Assembly (NCBI GenBank): GCA_963660905.1
Contig: CAVKZJ010000007.1
Span: forward strand, 8,953 to 72,952
Length of the DNA stretch: 64,000 nucleotides
Direction of reading: 5' to 3'
From: a bacterium
Lineage (GTDB): Bacteria > Bacillota_I > Bacilli_A > RFN20 > CAG-288
Both the position numbers and the translations under genes were made by a program. Every line of letters begins with the position of its first letter. The stretch's first letter is position 1. Of the stretch, positions 28,285-37,727 are shown piece after piece. Under the pieces are notes generated by a model. It searched no databases. It was not told the DNA's origin and saw only the letters and a list, made by a program, of their open reading frames with translations.

Positions 28285-28944
28285 ATGAATAGAAAGAATG
28301 TTCTCATATTCGATTTCGACGGCACCATTGCGGATACCGCAAGACTTGTCAAATCGACCCTCGTGAATACCATTCATGAATATGGCTACCCTGAAATCAC
28401 TCAAGAAAATATCGAAGAACATTTCGGTCCGACCGAAGCCGGAATCCTAAGAAATATCCTCGGGGAGAAAATCTTTCCGGAAGCCTGGGCCTCCTATTTG
28501 GAAGACTATATCCGCGTCCAGCCAGAATATATCAAGAAGATTCCCGGAATGGATGAATTGCTTGATGAATTATCCAAAAAAAGAGATATTCTTCTCCTTT
28601 TAGTCACCGGCAGAAGCAAAGAGACCATGGATCTCTCTTTAAGTTATCTCAACTATGAGTCCTATTTTCCGAAATGTTATTCTGGAAGCATGAACGGAAT
28701 CAACAAAGATGAAAATATCCTCCAGGCTTTAGAAGATTACGGCTTAGAAAAAGAAAATATCGTCTATATCGGCGATACAATAGCCGATATCCACACAATG
28801 AGAAAGATTGGTGTCGATCTTCTTTCTGTCGACTATTGCGGATTTGACAAAGAAGGAAAAGAACTTCTCGAAAAAGAAAATCCGGGAAATGTCTTTTCAA
28901 GCGTCAGTGAGCTGAAGAAGAAAATCGAGGAAATCGCTCTTTAA
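28285..28944 (+). CDS. HAD-superfamily phosphatase (phosphoglycolate phosphatase-like)
   Basis: VLIFDFDGTIADT (DxDGT motif I), LVTGRSK, and IGDTIADIHTMRKIG (motif IV region). ATG at 28285 lies 8 nt after GGAGG. Confidence 0.8.
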   Translation: MNRKNVLIFDFDGTIADTARLVKSTLVNTIHEYGYPEITQENIEEHFGPTEAGILRNILGEKIFPEAWASYLEDYIRVQPEYIKKIPGMDELLDELSKKRDILLLLVTGRSKETMDLSLSYLNYESYFPKCYSGSMNGINKDENILQALEDYGLEKENIVYIGDTIADIHTMRKIGVDLLSVDYCGFDKEGKELLEKENPGNVFSSVSELKKKIEEIAL

Positions 28945-28963
28945 TCAAAAGAGAGTCATCATC

Positions 28964-30535
28964 ATGAACAACGAAAAAAGAAATGATACGGAAAACGAAG
29001 CGTTCCGTCTTGAAAAAGAAGATGATATCCAGACGCAGAACCTAGAAAGCGAAGAAAACGCGTCCATCAATGAACCAGTTCTTCCTTCCCAACTGCATCA
29101 GGCTTTGATCACCAATGACAAAGCCACTCTTTTGACGATTCTCAAAGAGAATTCCGCTGTCCAGCTTGCGGATAGCCTTTCTCCCCTCACGGACAATGAA
29201 ATCATCCTTTTTTATTCCACCTTGGATAATGACTATGACAAATTAGGTGAGATTTTTTCCTATCTTCTTGTCGAAGAAAGAAAGGCATTGGTCGAAAATC
29301 TTCCTAAGAAAGCAATTCTTCCTGTATTGGCCAACGTTTCCAATGACGATATGGCAGACTTCTTGGAAGATCTTCCGAAATCCTTGAGAGAAAAAGTCCT
29401 TTCTCTTCTTTCCAGCAAAAGAAGAAATATCATCAATCAGCTTTCGGCCTATTCTGACGATACGGTCGGAAGCATCATGACCACCGAATATCTTTCCATC
29501 CTTTCCGGGACAACCATCAAGGATGTCTTCCGCAAGATTCGCATCGATGGACCGAGACTCGAAACAATCCGATCCATCTTTATCGTGGATAATGCCAATA
29601 AACTATTGGGCGTCGAAAGAATCGAAGATTTGATGTTCGAGGACGAAAACAAGAGAATCGACGATGTCATGAGCAGGGACTTTGCCTATATTTCCCCGAT
29701 TGCCGATAAGGAATCTGCTGTTCCAATCTGCCAGGAATACGATCTTCCTGTCTTGCCCGTCGTATCCAAAAACGGCGAGATGCTTGGCATTCTCACCTTC
29801 GACGACGTCATGGATGTCTTGGAGCAGGAAAGCACGGAAGATACTCTCAAGCAGGGCGCTGTCTCTCCAACCGATGCCCCATATATGGAAAACAAGGTCT
29901 TCAAAATTGCCTTATCCTATGTCATCTGGCTTCTCATCCTTCTTGTCATAAACACCTTCACCGGCATGATCATCTCGCGATTCGAAAACGCCCTTCTCAC
30001 TCTTCCGATTCTCACGTCCTTCATCCCTTCCATCAACGACTCGGTCGGAAACTCTTCGAGCCAGACAACTTCCATGGTCATCCGTTCCCTGACAACCGGA
30101 GAAATCACCAAGAAAGACTACTTCAAAGTCGCAATGAGAGAATTTTGGGTAGGTTTCCTCTCTGGCCTGATTGTTGCCGTCTTTGATTTTGGATGGGTCA
30201 TGATCGAACTCAACACGCCGATTCTCAAAACTGAAAGTTTTGCTGCCAATTCAGCGCTTCTCACAAAATTCGGAGGATTGCAGAATGTCTATTTAGTCAT
30301 TGCAGCCATCACTGCATTTGCTCTTTTGATCGGCATCACCTTCTCCAAATTCTTTGCAAGCATTCTTCCTATTGTTGCTAAGGCTATCAAGATTGACCCC
30401 GCCGTCATGTCAGGTCCTTTGATGACCTGCTTGATGGATATCGTCACCTTGCTCATCTATTTTGGAATCGCAACAGCCTTGATTGACGGCGTTGCACCAG
30501 GCACTTTGACAGCACTTCCCGTCATTGGATTTTAG
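28964..30535 (+). CDS. mgtE: Magnesium transporter MgtE (paralog 1)
   Basis: 523 aa with the MgtE N-domain (LLVEERKALVENLPKK...DDMADFLEDLP), a CBS pair (TVGSIMTTEY...; LPVLPVVSKNGEMLGILTFDDVMDVLEQE) and a 5-TM C-terminal domain. Confidence 0.85.
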   Translation: MNNEKRNDTENEAFRLEKEDDIQTQNLESEENASINEPVLPSQLHQALITNDKATLLTILKENSAVQLADSLSPLTDNEIILFYSTLDNDYDKLGEIFSYLLVEERKALVENLPKKAILPVLANVSNDDMADFLEDLPKSLREKVLSLLSSKRRNIINQLSAYSDDTVGSIMTTEYLSILSGTTIKDVFRKIRIDGPRLETIRSIFIVDNANKLLGVERIEDLMFEDENKRIDDVMSRDFAYISPIADKESAVPICQEYDLPVLPVVSKNGEMLGILTFDDVMDVLEQESTEDTLKQGAVSPTDAPYMENKVFKIALSYVIWLLILLVINTFTGMIISRFENALLTLPILTSFIPSINDSVGNSSSQTTSMVIRSLTTGEITKKDYFKVAMREFWVGFLSGLIVAVFDFGWVMIELNTPILKTESFAANSALLTKFGGLQNVYLVIAAITAFALLIGITFSKFFASILPIVAKAIKIDPAVMSGPLMTCLMDIVTLLIYFGIATALIDGVAPGTLTALPVIGF

Positions 30536-30547
30536 GAGGCAAAACGT

Positions 30548-32047
30548 ATGAACGAAAAAGTACAAGAACCTGAAATCGAAGAAATCCAGGTCGACCCCAC
30601 CATCCAAGGAAAAGTCAATCATCCTCTAAGTGCAGATTTCCTCCAGGCTATCATCCACAACAGAAACACAAAGATTCTCAATGTGACAGTGCATTCCTAT
30701 GATCCTGTCAATGTCGCCAAAGCGGTCGAGACACTCGATCCGGAAGACCTTCTTTTCTTCTTCAAAGCCGTTGACAGCGACGATTCCGCCGAAGTCTTCA
30801 CCTATCTCGAGCAGGAAACAAAAGAGAATGTCATCTCCGCCTTCACCTCAAAGCAGCTTCACGAACTTGTCGACAACATGTCCACCGACGACTTGGTCGA
30901 CTTTGTCGACGATCTTCCAGCAAACCTCATCTCCAAGGTCTTAAAGGCAACCAGTCCAGAAGACAGGGCGAGAGTCTCTGCCTATCTGAACTTCAAAGAA
31001 GACTCCGCTGGAACCATCATGACGCCAGAATATCTTCAGGTCAGAGAAGATGAGACTGTCAAGAAAGCCATCGAAAAGATCAAAGCCGTCGGCCAGGATA
31101 TGGAAACCATCTGGGAACTCTTCATCGTCGATAATTCAAGAAAGCTCGTGGGAACCATTACCCTCGACAAATTGCTCGAATCCGATGAGGAAACCAAGCT
31201 CAATGAGATCATGCGGAACGATTTCATTTCCGTTACGGTCAATACCGACCAGGAAGTCGTCTTAAAGGCATTTCGAAAATATGACGTCTCCGTCATTCCC
31301 GTCACCAACAACCAGATGAGAATGCTCGGCATCATCACCTTCGATGACGCCATGGACGTCGATAGCCAGGAAGTCACCGAAGATACCCAGATCACTTCCG
31401 CCGTCATCCCCAATGATGAGCCCTATCTAAAGACAAAAATCTGGAAACTCGTGAGAAACTACACTGTCTGGCTTGTCATCCTTTTGATTCTCAATACCTT
31501 CACAAGCATGACGATGTCCTATCTCGAGACACCTCTGCAGCTTTCCTTCCCGGTCCTTATTGCCTTCCTCACTTCCATCATGGGAACAAACGGCAATGCA
31601 TCGGACCAGACCGCAACCGTCACAGTCCGTGAGCTCGCCTTAGGACATATCAACACGAAAAACTACTATAAAGCAGCCTTCAAGGAACTTCGAGCCTCCA
31701 TGATCACTGCCCTCATCCTCTCTGTATTTTCCTTTGGATGGATGCTCGTTGAACTCTATACGGGAATGGTCAGCCTAACGACGACGGATAATAATGTCCT
31801 GGCCAATTTCTTCAACGGAAACCAAAACATCATGTTCGTCCTGATTGCCAGCGTGGTTTCCTTAACCCTTCTTATCACCATCGTCTTAGCTAAGATGATC
31901 GGTGTGAGCCTTCCCGTTCTAGCCAAGATGGTTCATCTCGATCCCGCCGTCATGTCCCAGCCAGTCATCTCTACCATCCTGGATATTCTTTCCATCGTCG
32001 TCTATTTCCTTTTATCGAATCTCTTCTTCCATCAGATCCTTGCCTAA
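30548..32047 (+). CDS. mgtE: Magnesium transporter MgtE (paralog 2)
   Basis: 499 aa with the same architecture (DDLVDFVDDLP; SAGTIMTPEY; VIPVTNNQMRMLGIITFDDAMDV; TM domain). AGGAGG RBS; starts 12 nt after paralog 1. Confidence 0.85.
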   Translation: MNEKVQEPEIEEIQVDPTIQGKVNHPLSADFLQAIIHNRNTKILNVTVHSYDPVNVAKAVETLDPEDLLFFFKAVDSDDSAEVFTYLEQETKENVISAFTSKQLHELVDNMSTDDLVDFVDDLPANLISKVLKATSPEDRARVSAYLNFKEDSAGTIMTPEYLQVREDETVKKAIEKIKAVGQDMETIWELFIVDNSRKLVGTITLDKLLESDEETKLNEIMRNDFISVTVNTDQEVVLKAFRKYDVSVIPVTNNQMRMLGIITFDDAMDVDSQEVTEDTQITSAVIPNDEPYLKTKIWKLVRNYTVWLVILLILNTFTSMTMSYLETPLQLSFPVLIAFLTSIMGTNGNASDQTATVTVRELALGHINTKNYYKAAFKELRASMITALILSVFSFGWMLVELYTGMVSLTTTDNNVLANFFNGNQNIMFVLIASVVSLTLLITIVLAKMIGVSLPVLAKMVHLDPAVMSQPVISTILDILSIVVYFLLSNLFFHQILA

Positions 32048-32049
32048 TC

Positions 32050-32073
32050 GCCACCCATCCGGGTGGCTTTTTC
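32050..32073 (+). terminator. Rho-independent terminator after mgtE paralog 2
   Basis: gccaccc-atcc-gggtggc followed by ttttt. Confidence 0.9.
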
Positions 32074-32115
32074 AGCAAAGAAAAAAGGACACTTCACATA
32101 GAAGCATCCCGTTCA

Positions 32116-32847
32116 TCATTTTGTATGCTGCATCTTTAGTTCGTATAAGCCGATTGCAATGCTGGTTGTCAGGTTGAGAGAGTCGACTTCATCCGACTGC
32201 TCAATCCGAACATTGTTTTCATTGTGAATTTCCTTTGGAAGCCCTGTGGCTTCATTTCCAAAGACAAGAGAACAGGGAGAAGCAAATCTCACATCCTTCA
32301 AGGGACGAGAGGTATCCAACACAAACGGATAGAATTCTCTCTTGTATTTCTGGATATAATCCTCAAAGGAAGAAAATTCCTCGATTCGAATCTTGAAGAG
32401 TGCTCCCATGCTTGCCCGGACCACCTTCGGGTTGAAATAATCCGCACAAGGTGTAATCAATGCCAAGTCATGATATCCGAAAGCCAACAGAGAACGCATG
32501 GCATTCCCTAAATTTCCCATATCGCTTGGGTTGACCATGACAAGATGATTCTCTTTTTCATCCAAGGTCGAAGAGAATTTTTCGAAGATTCCCAAGACAT
32601 GCGCATTCTCCTTCGAGGCAATCTTCGAAAAAGCCTTGTCTGAGAGAATGATTTTCTTTTCATCGACCAATGTCTTCAGCTTTCGATAGCCCTCGCTCTC
32701 CAAGGAATCGCTATGAACATAAATCGCCCTCAAAGCATCCTTCTTGTAGTGAATCATCTCGAAGGTGGGGAAGAATCCTTCCGTATAAGAATAATCTAGA
32801 TCTTTATTGTATTTTTGAATCATAATAGGAATATCATAGCCAAACAA
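32116..32847 (-). CDS. TrmH/SpoU-family RNA 2'-O-methyltransferase
   Basis: 243 aa with SpoU motifs (NPSDMGNLGNAMRSLLAFG, LVFGNEATGL, SLNLTTSIAIGLYE). The start is uncertain (TTG 32847 or ATG 32823). Confidence 0.7.
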   Translation of the reverse strand: MFGYDIPIMIQKYNKDLDYSYTEGFFPTFEMIHYKKDALRAIYVHSDSLESEGYRKLKTLVDEKKIILSDKAFSKIASKENAHVLGIFEKFSSTLDEKENHLVMVNPSDMGNLGNAMRSLLAFGYHDLALITPCADYFNPKVVRASMGALFKIRIEEFSSFEDYIQKYKREFYPFVLDTSRPLKDVRFASPCSLVFGNEATGLPKEIHNENNVRIEQSDEVDSLNLTTSIAIGLYELKMQHTK

Positions 32848-32908
32848 AAGGAAAAAAGAAACGAAATTTCATTCCAAACGAAAGAAAAATCGTTATAATA
32901 ATCTAGCT

Positions 32909-32985
32909 GGCCCCGTAGCTCAGCTGGATAGAGTACCTGACTTCGAATCAGAGGGTCAAGAGTTCGAATCTCTTCGGGGTCACCA
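32909..32985 (+). tRNA. tRNA-Arg (anticodon UCG)
   Basis: 77-nt cloverleaf: acceptor ggccccg/cggggtc, D-arm gctc-agctggata-gagt, anticodon loop cTTCGaa (anticodon TCG), T-arm aagag-ttcgaat-ctctt, encoded CCA. TATAAT lies at 32894-32899, 9 nt upstream. Confidence 0.9.
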
Positions 32986-33075
32986 TAAACCGGATTGCAT
33001 AAGGCAGTCAGGTTCTTTTTTATTTTTCGTAAAATTGACCACTTTCATCCTATATATAGATAGGAGGTCATATTT

Positions 33076-33336
33076 ATGGCAAGAATGCTAAAGGTACACC
33101 ATTCATCAATGGGAGTTGATTACACCCCTGTTTCAACCATCATCCTCAAAGGCAAGTGGCTTGAAGCTGCTGGATTCAAAATCGGTGATTATGTAGAAGT
33201 AAAATGCGATGGAGATACGATAACTCTAACAAAGACAACGCCACCGCAAGACGACAAAACATTAGATGAAGAGTTGATGAAGCTAACAAAAAACGAACGT
33301 GATGAATTGCTCAAAATCATCACGGAAAGAAAATAA
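33076..33336 (+). CDS. Small SymE-like (AbrB/SpoVT-fold) protein, possible type I toxin family member
   Basis: 86 aa. STIILKGKWLEAAGFKIGDYVEVKCDGDTITLTK matches the remembered SymE-toxin core (L-x-G-K-W-L-E-x-A-G-F-x-x-G-x-x-V-x-V). AGGAGG RBS 7 nt upstream. Confidence 0.55.
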   Translation: MARMLKVHHSSMGVDYTPVSTIILKGKWLEAAGFKIGDYVEVKCDGDTITLTKTTPPQDDKTLDEELMKLTKNERDELLKIITERK

Positions 33337-33428
33337 GATTCTCTGTTTACTCATTTATGCAATGATAATTCATGAAGAAAACAAGGTTCCCCTGAATCTC
33401 TCAGCATAACTGGTTTCATGCCCATCAT

Positions 33429-33459
33429 ACAAAATGGCTGCCCTTATCGGACAGCCATT
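33429..33459 (-). terminator. Terminator after the sugar-binding lipoprotein gene
   Basis: On the minus strand aatggctg pairs with cagccatt, followed by ttgtatg (weak T-tract). Confidence 0.6.
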
Positions 33460-33472
33460 GGGGGATCAATCT

Positions 33473-34924
33473 TTAAAGACTATCGAAGGAGGAATCGAAG
33501 GTCGCATCAGCCAATTCAGAATATGTTGTCTTGATATTCGTCTTGAAGGTTTTGATTGCATCTGCAAATGAGACTGGATTTTCTGCCTTGAAGTAGTCCT
33601 TCATGGCAGCTTGAATCTTTTCATTGCATCCCTGGTCATAGGCAGACATCGGAGCCAGCTTGATGCTCGCTGCACTTTCCTTGAACAATTTGATGTGGTT
33701 TTGTCCGCCCAGGAAATCTGATTTGTAGGTGGTATCACTGGCAAGTTTGTTCATGGCGGTCTTATTGTTGGTATAGTCCTGTGTCTCTCTAGTGATCTTT
33801 TCAGCAACCGTGGCATCGCAGGTCATGGTCTTCATGATATCCTTCACATCTTCGATGTTGTTGCAGTTCTTAGCTGCGGCAAGCCATGTTCCGCCCCAAT
33901 AATAGGAAGCAGGCCCCTGGCATACACGATATTTTCCATAGAGACCATTTCCGACTTTCTGCTCACCATTCGAATCCGCCAAGGAATTGCCGAGAAGGGT
34001 GAAGTTGATACCCCATGTGGAATAGAAGAAGCCAAAGACATCTCCGGAAGGACCCTGATCCTTCGCCCATGTGTTGTCCCATAAGGATGTTCTATTGTTA
34101 TATCCATTGTCTGAGAACTGTTTGGTCTGCTTGATCCAGCTCTTGATCTGATCATCAAGATGAACCGTCAGTTTTCCATCGCTTGCCTCTGTGACCCAAG
34201 CCTTGGTAGCATTATTGGAGAAGGTACGATAGGAATCATCATATCCAGAAAGCATCTTGATTCCTTTTTCCTTCGCCGTGGCTGCAACGGCATTGAACTT
34301 GTCCCAGGTATCGATCTTCGACTGGACGAAAGCTGCCTGTGCTTCTGCACCCGCACTATCAGCCGGATAGTCATCCCAGATCTTTGCCGCTTCATCGCTT
34401 CTGAAAGCATAGAGTCCAGGAGTCGCCTGCCAAGAGACTCCCTTGAGAACACCTGCGGAATTGGTGACAACTGTCTTGGTGTAGTCATACATATCGGATA
34501 AATCGGAATCGGTCAAGCCGACATCCTTCTTGACATCGAGGGTATAGTCAGTTTCGATATATTTCTTGGCATAATCCGCTTCCATCAGGAACATATCGAT
34601 TTTTTCAGATGCCTTGGCATTGTCATCGGCCTTCAAGGCATTGTCGAGTGCATTCTGATAAGCATTGTCATCATTCGGAACGACATTGAAGACAACCGTC
34701 TTGCCGCTCTTAAGAAGATATTTCTTTTCTCCAAGATTCTTTTCAATCTTCTCTGCATAGAAATTTTCGAATCTCTCCATGAATTCTGTGTTCCAGCAGC
34801 GGATATTGATTGTTTTGTCTTCTTCCGTAGTGCTAGCTTTCGAACTGTCATTGTTGCCTGTACATCCGACGAGGCCCAAACCGACAGCAACGGCACCGAA
34901 TAGAGCAAATAAGTTCTTTTTCAT
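33473..34924 (-). CDS. ABC transporter extracellular sugar-binding lipoprotein
   Basis: 483 aa with a signal peptide and lipobox (MKKNLFALFGAVAVGLGLVGC) and a Trp/Tyr-rich solute-binding body. It is divergent from the GH94/ABC operon. AGGAGG RBS. Confidence 0.75.
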   Translation of the reverse strand: MKKNLFALFGAVAVGLGLVGCTGNNDSSKASTTEEDKTINIRCWNTEFMERFENFYAEKIEKNLGEKKYLLKSGKTVVFNVVPNDDNAYQNALDNALKADDNAKASEKIDMFLMEADYAKKYIETDYTLDVKKDVGLTDSDLSDMYDYTKTVVTNSAGVLKGVSWQATPGLYAFRSDEAAKIWDDYPADSAGAEAQAAFVQSKIDTWDKFNAVAATAKEKGIKMLSGYDDSYRTFSNNATKAWVTEASDGKLTVHLDDQIKSWIKQTKQFSDNGYNNRTSLWDNTWAKDQGPSGDVFGFFYSTWGINFTLLGNSLADSNGEQKVGNGLYGKYRVCQGPASYYWGGTWLAAAKNCNNIEDVKDIMKTMTCDATVAEKITRETQDYTNNKTAMNKLASDTTYKSDFLGGQNHIKLFKESAASIKLAPMSAYDQGCNEKIQAAMKDYFKAENPVSFADAIKTFKTNIKTTYSELADATFDSSFDSL

Positions 34925-35034
34925 AAATTACCTCCTATTTTTGCACTATATCGAACAAATAAGCGAGTTAAGGAAGGATCGCCAGTCCTTGTCCTTTGAT
35001 TGCCGATAGACATCTGACAATATGTAAGGGCTTC

Positions 35035-35048
35035 CGTAATCGGTTACG
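35035..35048. promoter_or_regulatory. LacI-type operator/cre-like palindrome (site a)
   Basis: cgtaatcggttacg is palindromic at 12 of 14 positions and begins 5 nt downstream of the minus-strand -10. Confidence 0.55.
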
Positions 35049-35053
35049 CTACC

Positions 35054-35083
35054 ATTATAGTTTTACACTTCTACATTTGTCAA
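35054..35083 (-). promoter_or_regulatory. Strong sigma-A promoter candidate for the binding-protein gene
   Basis: On the minus strand: TTGACA (35083-35078), 18-nt spacer, TATAAT (35059-35054). Confidence 0.65.
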
Positions 35084-35174
35084 CAACAATCGAAACGAAA
35101 TTCAACTTCGATTTTTTTAAATATAATTTATTATATTTACGGTCTCAAAAAATTTTTTTGAGACTATTTTTTGT

Positions 35175-35202
35175 TGCATTTTTGGCAAATCAAGCTATAC
35201 TA
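35175..35202 (+). promoter_or_regulatory. Promoter candidate for the cellobiose phosphorylase/ABC operon
   Basis: TTGCAT (35175-35180), 16-nt spacer, TATACT (35197-35202). Confidence 0.5.
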
Positions 35203-35214
35203 AAAGTACGAAAC

Positions 35215-35228
35215 GCAAACGTTTACGC
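35215..35228. promoter_or_regulatory. LacI-type operator/cre-like palindrome (site b)
   Basis: cgcaaacgtttacg is palindromic at 12 of 14 positions and lies 12 nt downstream of the -10. Confidence 0.55.
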
Positions 35229-35281
35229 AATAATGATATGGCAAAAATCTGAGATAAAGTACAAGAAAAGGAGAAGTGTTT

Positions 35282-37711
35282 ATGAAATTTGGACATTTTG
35301 ATGACGAAAACCGGGAATACGTGATTGAAACACCACATACACCGCTTCCATGGATCAACTATCTTGGCACAGAAAACTTCCATTCCCTCATTTCCAATAC
35401 ATTGGGAGGATATTCCTTCTACAAAGATGCAAAATTACGACGAATCACACGTTATCGATACAATAATGTTCCACGCGATGTCTCCGGAAGGTTCTATTAC
35501 ATCAAAGAAGGAAATGTTATCTGGAATATCGGTTATCTTCCAACCAAGACTCCTCTTGATTCCTATCGTTGCAGACATGGACTAAACTATTCTATCCTCG
35601 AATCCTCAAAAAATGATCTCCATGCCACCTTAACCTGCTTTGTTCCTCTTCATGATAATCTGGAAGTCAATCATCTTGTCTTGAAAAATCTCTCCAAGGA
35701 AAAGAAAACATTCTCGATTTATGGAATGGTGGAATTCTGCCTCTATAATGCGGTCGATGATGCCAACAACTATCAGAGAAACCTCAATCTTGCGGAAGTC
35801 GAAGTCGATGACAATGCCATCTATCACGAAACTGAATACCGTGAAAGAAGAAATCATTTCGCCTTCTATAGCTGTTCAAGAAAGCATGACGGATTCGATA
35901 CATCAAGAGATGCCTTCCTCGGATTGGAAAACGGATTTGATTCGCCAGATGCTGTCAATAAAGGAACGTCCTACAATTCCATCGTTCATGACTACTATCC
36001 GATAGCTTGTCATCGAATCGATCTCAGTCTGAACCCCGGAGAAGAGATTGAATTGGTCTTCCTTCTTGGCTTTGTCGAAAACAAGCAAGAAGAAAAGTGG
36101 GACAAAGAAGGAAATGTGAACAAAGAGAAAGCCTATCAGATGCAAAAGAAATACTTTGACATGAAGAACGTCAAAGCAGAATTCCTGCTGCTCAAGAAAT
36201 ATTGGGATGAGCTCTTATCGAGCTTCCAGGTGAAAAGCAACGATGAAAAATTCGATCGCATGGCGAACATCTGGAACCAGTACCAGTGCATGATCACATA
36301 CATGATGTCGAGAAGTGCTTCCTACTACGAGACTGGAACAGGTAGAGGCATGGGATTTCGTGATTCCTGCCAGGATCTTCTCGGTTTTGTCCATATGATT
36401 CCCAAAAAAGCCAAAGAAAGAATCTTCGACATCGCATCTATCCAATTCGAAGATGGTTCCACATATCATCAATATCAGCCCTTGAACAAGAAAGGCAACG
36501 CAGATATCGGCTCCGGATTCAATGACGATCCACTCTGGCTTGTCGGTGCAGTCTCAAGCTATATCAGAGAAACAGGTGATTATTCCATTCTTGATCTGAT
36601 GACACCCTTCGATAACAAGAAAGGAAGCGAAAAACCACTCTATGATCATGTTCTTGTTTCCTTAAAGCACACCATTCTGAACCTCGGTCCTCATGGACTC
36701 CCCCTGATCGGACGAGCTGACTGGAACGACTGCCTCAATCTCAACTGCTTTTCCAAAGTCGATGGCGAATCCTTCCAGACAGTCGAAAACAATGACACTC
36801 ATGTCGCAGAATCCGTCTTCATCGCGGGAATGTTCGTCCAATACGGAAATGAATTCATCAAGATTGCAAGACATCTCAAGAAAGATGCGGATGCTGACTA
36901 TATCGAAGAATATGTAAAGAAGATTTCCGAAGCCTGCATTCAATATGGCTTTGACTATAAGGAAGGATACTTCATCCGCGCCTATGATGCATTCTCCAAC
37001 CCGGTTGGTTCTTCTTCCTGTGAAGAAGGAAAAATCTATATCGAACCACAGGGCTTCTGCACGATGGCGGGCATCGGACATGACCTCGGCCTCGGAAAGA
37101 AAGCCATTGAAGCCTCCTTCAAATATCTTGTAAATGATTATGGAGCAGAAATTTTATATCCACCTTACACTCATTATCATTTAGAATTAGGAGAGGTCTC
37201 CTCTTATCCACCGGGCGTGAAGGAAAACGGATCGGTGTTCAACCACAACAATCCTTGGCTGACCATCGCCTGCTGCAGAGAGAAGGAACCCGAAAGAGCC
37301 TTCGAACTCTATAGGAAGAATGCTCCGAGCTACATCGAAGAAAAGAGCGATATCCACAAAACCGAACCCTATGTCTATTCCCAAATGATCGCTGGAAGAG
37401 GTTCGAAATCCTATGGCCAGGCAAAGAACTCCTGGCTGACAGGAAGTGCCACATGGTCCTTCGTCTGTCTTAGCCAAGGTCTGCTTGGCATCCAGCCCGA
37501 ACTTGACGGCCTGAGAATCGAACCATGCCTCAGCGAAAACTTCAAGGAAGTCGAAATCACAAGAAAAATACGAGACAAAGTCTTCCACATAAAAATGAAG
37601 AATGAGAAGAAAGGGAAGTGTCATCTCTTTGTCAACGGACACTCCCAGGATGAGACATTGGTCAGATATGAAGACGGCATCAAAGAATATGACGTCGAAA
37701 TCGTCTTTTAA
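35282..37711 (+). CDS. GH94 cellobiose phosphorylase
   Basis: MKFGHFDDENREYVIETPHTPLPWINYLGTENFHSLISNTLGGYSFYKDAKLRRITRYRYNNVP, RGMGFRDSCQDLLGFVH, GLPLIGRADWNDCLNLNC and NSWLTGSATW all follow the remembered clostridial cellobiose phosphorylase sequence almost block for block. About 810 aa. The ATG at 35282 follows AGGAGAAG. Confidence 0.85.
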   Translation: MKFGHFDDENREYVIETPHTPLPWINYLGTENFHSLISNTLGGYSFYKDAKLRRITRYRYNNVPRDVSGRFYYIKEGNVIWNIGYLPTKTPLDSYRCRHGLNYSILESSKNDLHATLTCFVPLHDNLEVNHLVLKNLSKEKKTFSIYGMVEFCLYNAVDDANNYQRNLNLAEVEVDDNAIYHETEYRERRNHFAFYSCSRKHDGFDTSRDAFLGLENGFDSPDAVNKGTSYNSIVHDYYPIACHRIDLSLNPGEEIELVFLLGFVENKQEEKWDKEGNVNKEKAYQMQKKYFDMKNVKAEFLLLKKYWDELLSSFQVKSNDEKFDRMANIWNQYQCMITYMMSRSASYYETGTGRGMGFRDSCQDLLGFVHMIPKKAKERIFDIASIQFEDGSTYHQYQPLNKKGNADIGSGFNDDPLWLVGAVSSYIRETGDYSILDLMTPFDNKKGSEKPLYDHVLVSLKHTILNLGPHGLPLIGRADWNDCLNLNCFSKVDGESFQTVENNDTHVAESVFIAGMFVQYGNEFIKIARHLKKDADADYIEEYVKKISEACIQYGFDYKEGYFIRAYDAFSNPVGSSSCEEGKIYIEPQGFCTMAGIGHDLGLGKKAIEASFKYLVNDYGAEILYPPYTHYHLELGEVSSYPPGVKENGSVFNHNNPWLTIACCREKEPERAFELYRKNAPSYIEEKSDIHKTEPYVYSQMIAGRGSKSYGQAKNSWLTGSATWSFVCLSQGLLGIQPELDGLRIEPCLSENFKEVEITRKIRDKVFHIKMKNEKKGKCHLFVNGHSQDETLVRYEDGIKEYDVEIVF

Positions 37712-37727
37712 AAAGGAGGATCGAAAA

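Noticed and set aside
32848-33472. Possible tRNA-targeted genomic island or mobile element
   Set aside because: No integrase or recombinase gene is present, I could not find a direct repeat of the tRNA 3' end, and only one small ORF is present. It is reported as an observation, not as a mobile element.
35141-35166. Palindrome ggtctc-A6/T7-ggagac between the divergent sugar-locus promoters, considered as a terminator or regulatory hairpin
   Set aside because: The stem is only 5 G/C-containing bp plus A-T pairs with a bulge. It sits between two divergent promoters where no transcript needs terminating. It is more likely an AT-rich spacer or UP-like element, and no function can be supported.
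37602-37727. Upstream extension of the ABC ATPase ORF
   Set aside because: It overlaps the 3' end of the cellobiose phosphorylase gene in another frame. AGGAGG plus ATG at 37728 is the evident start.
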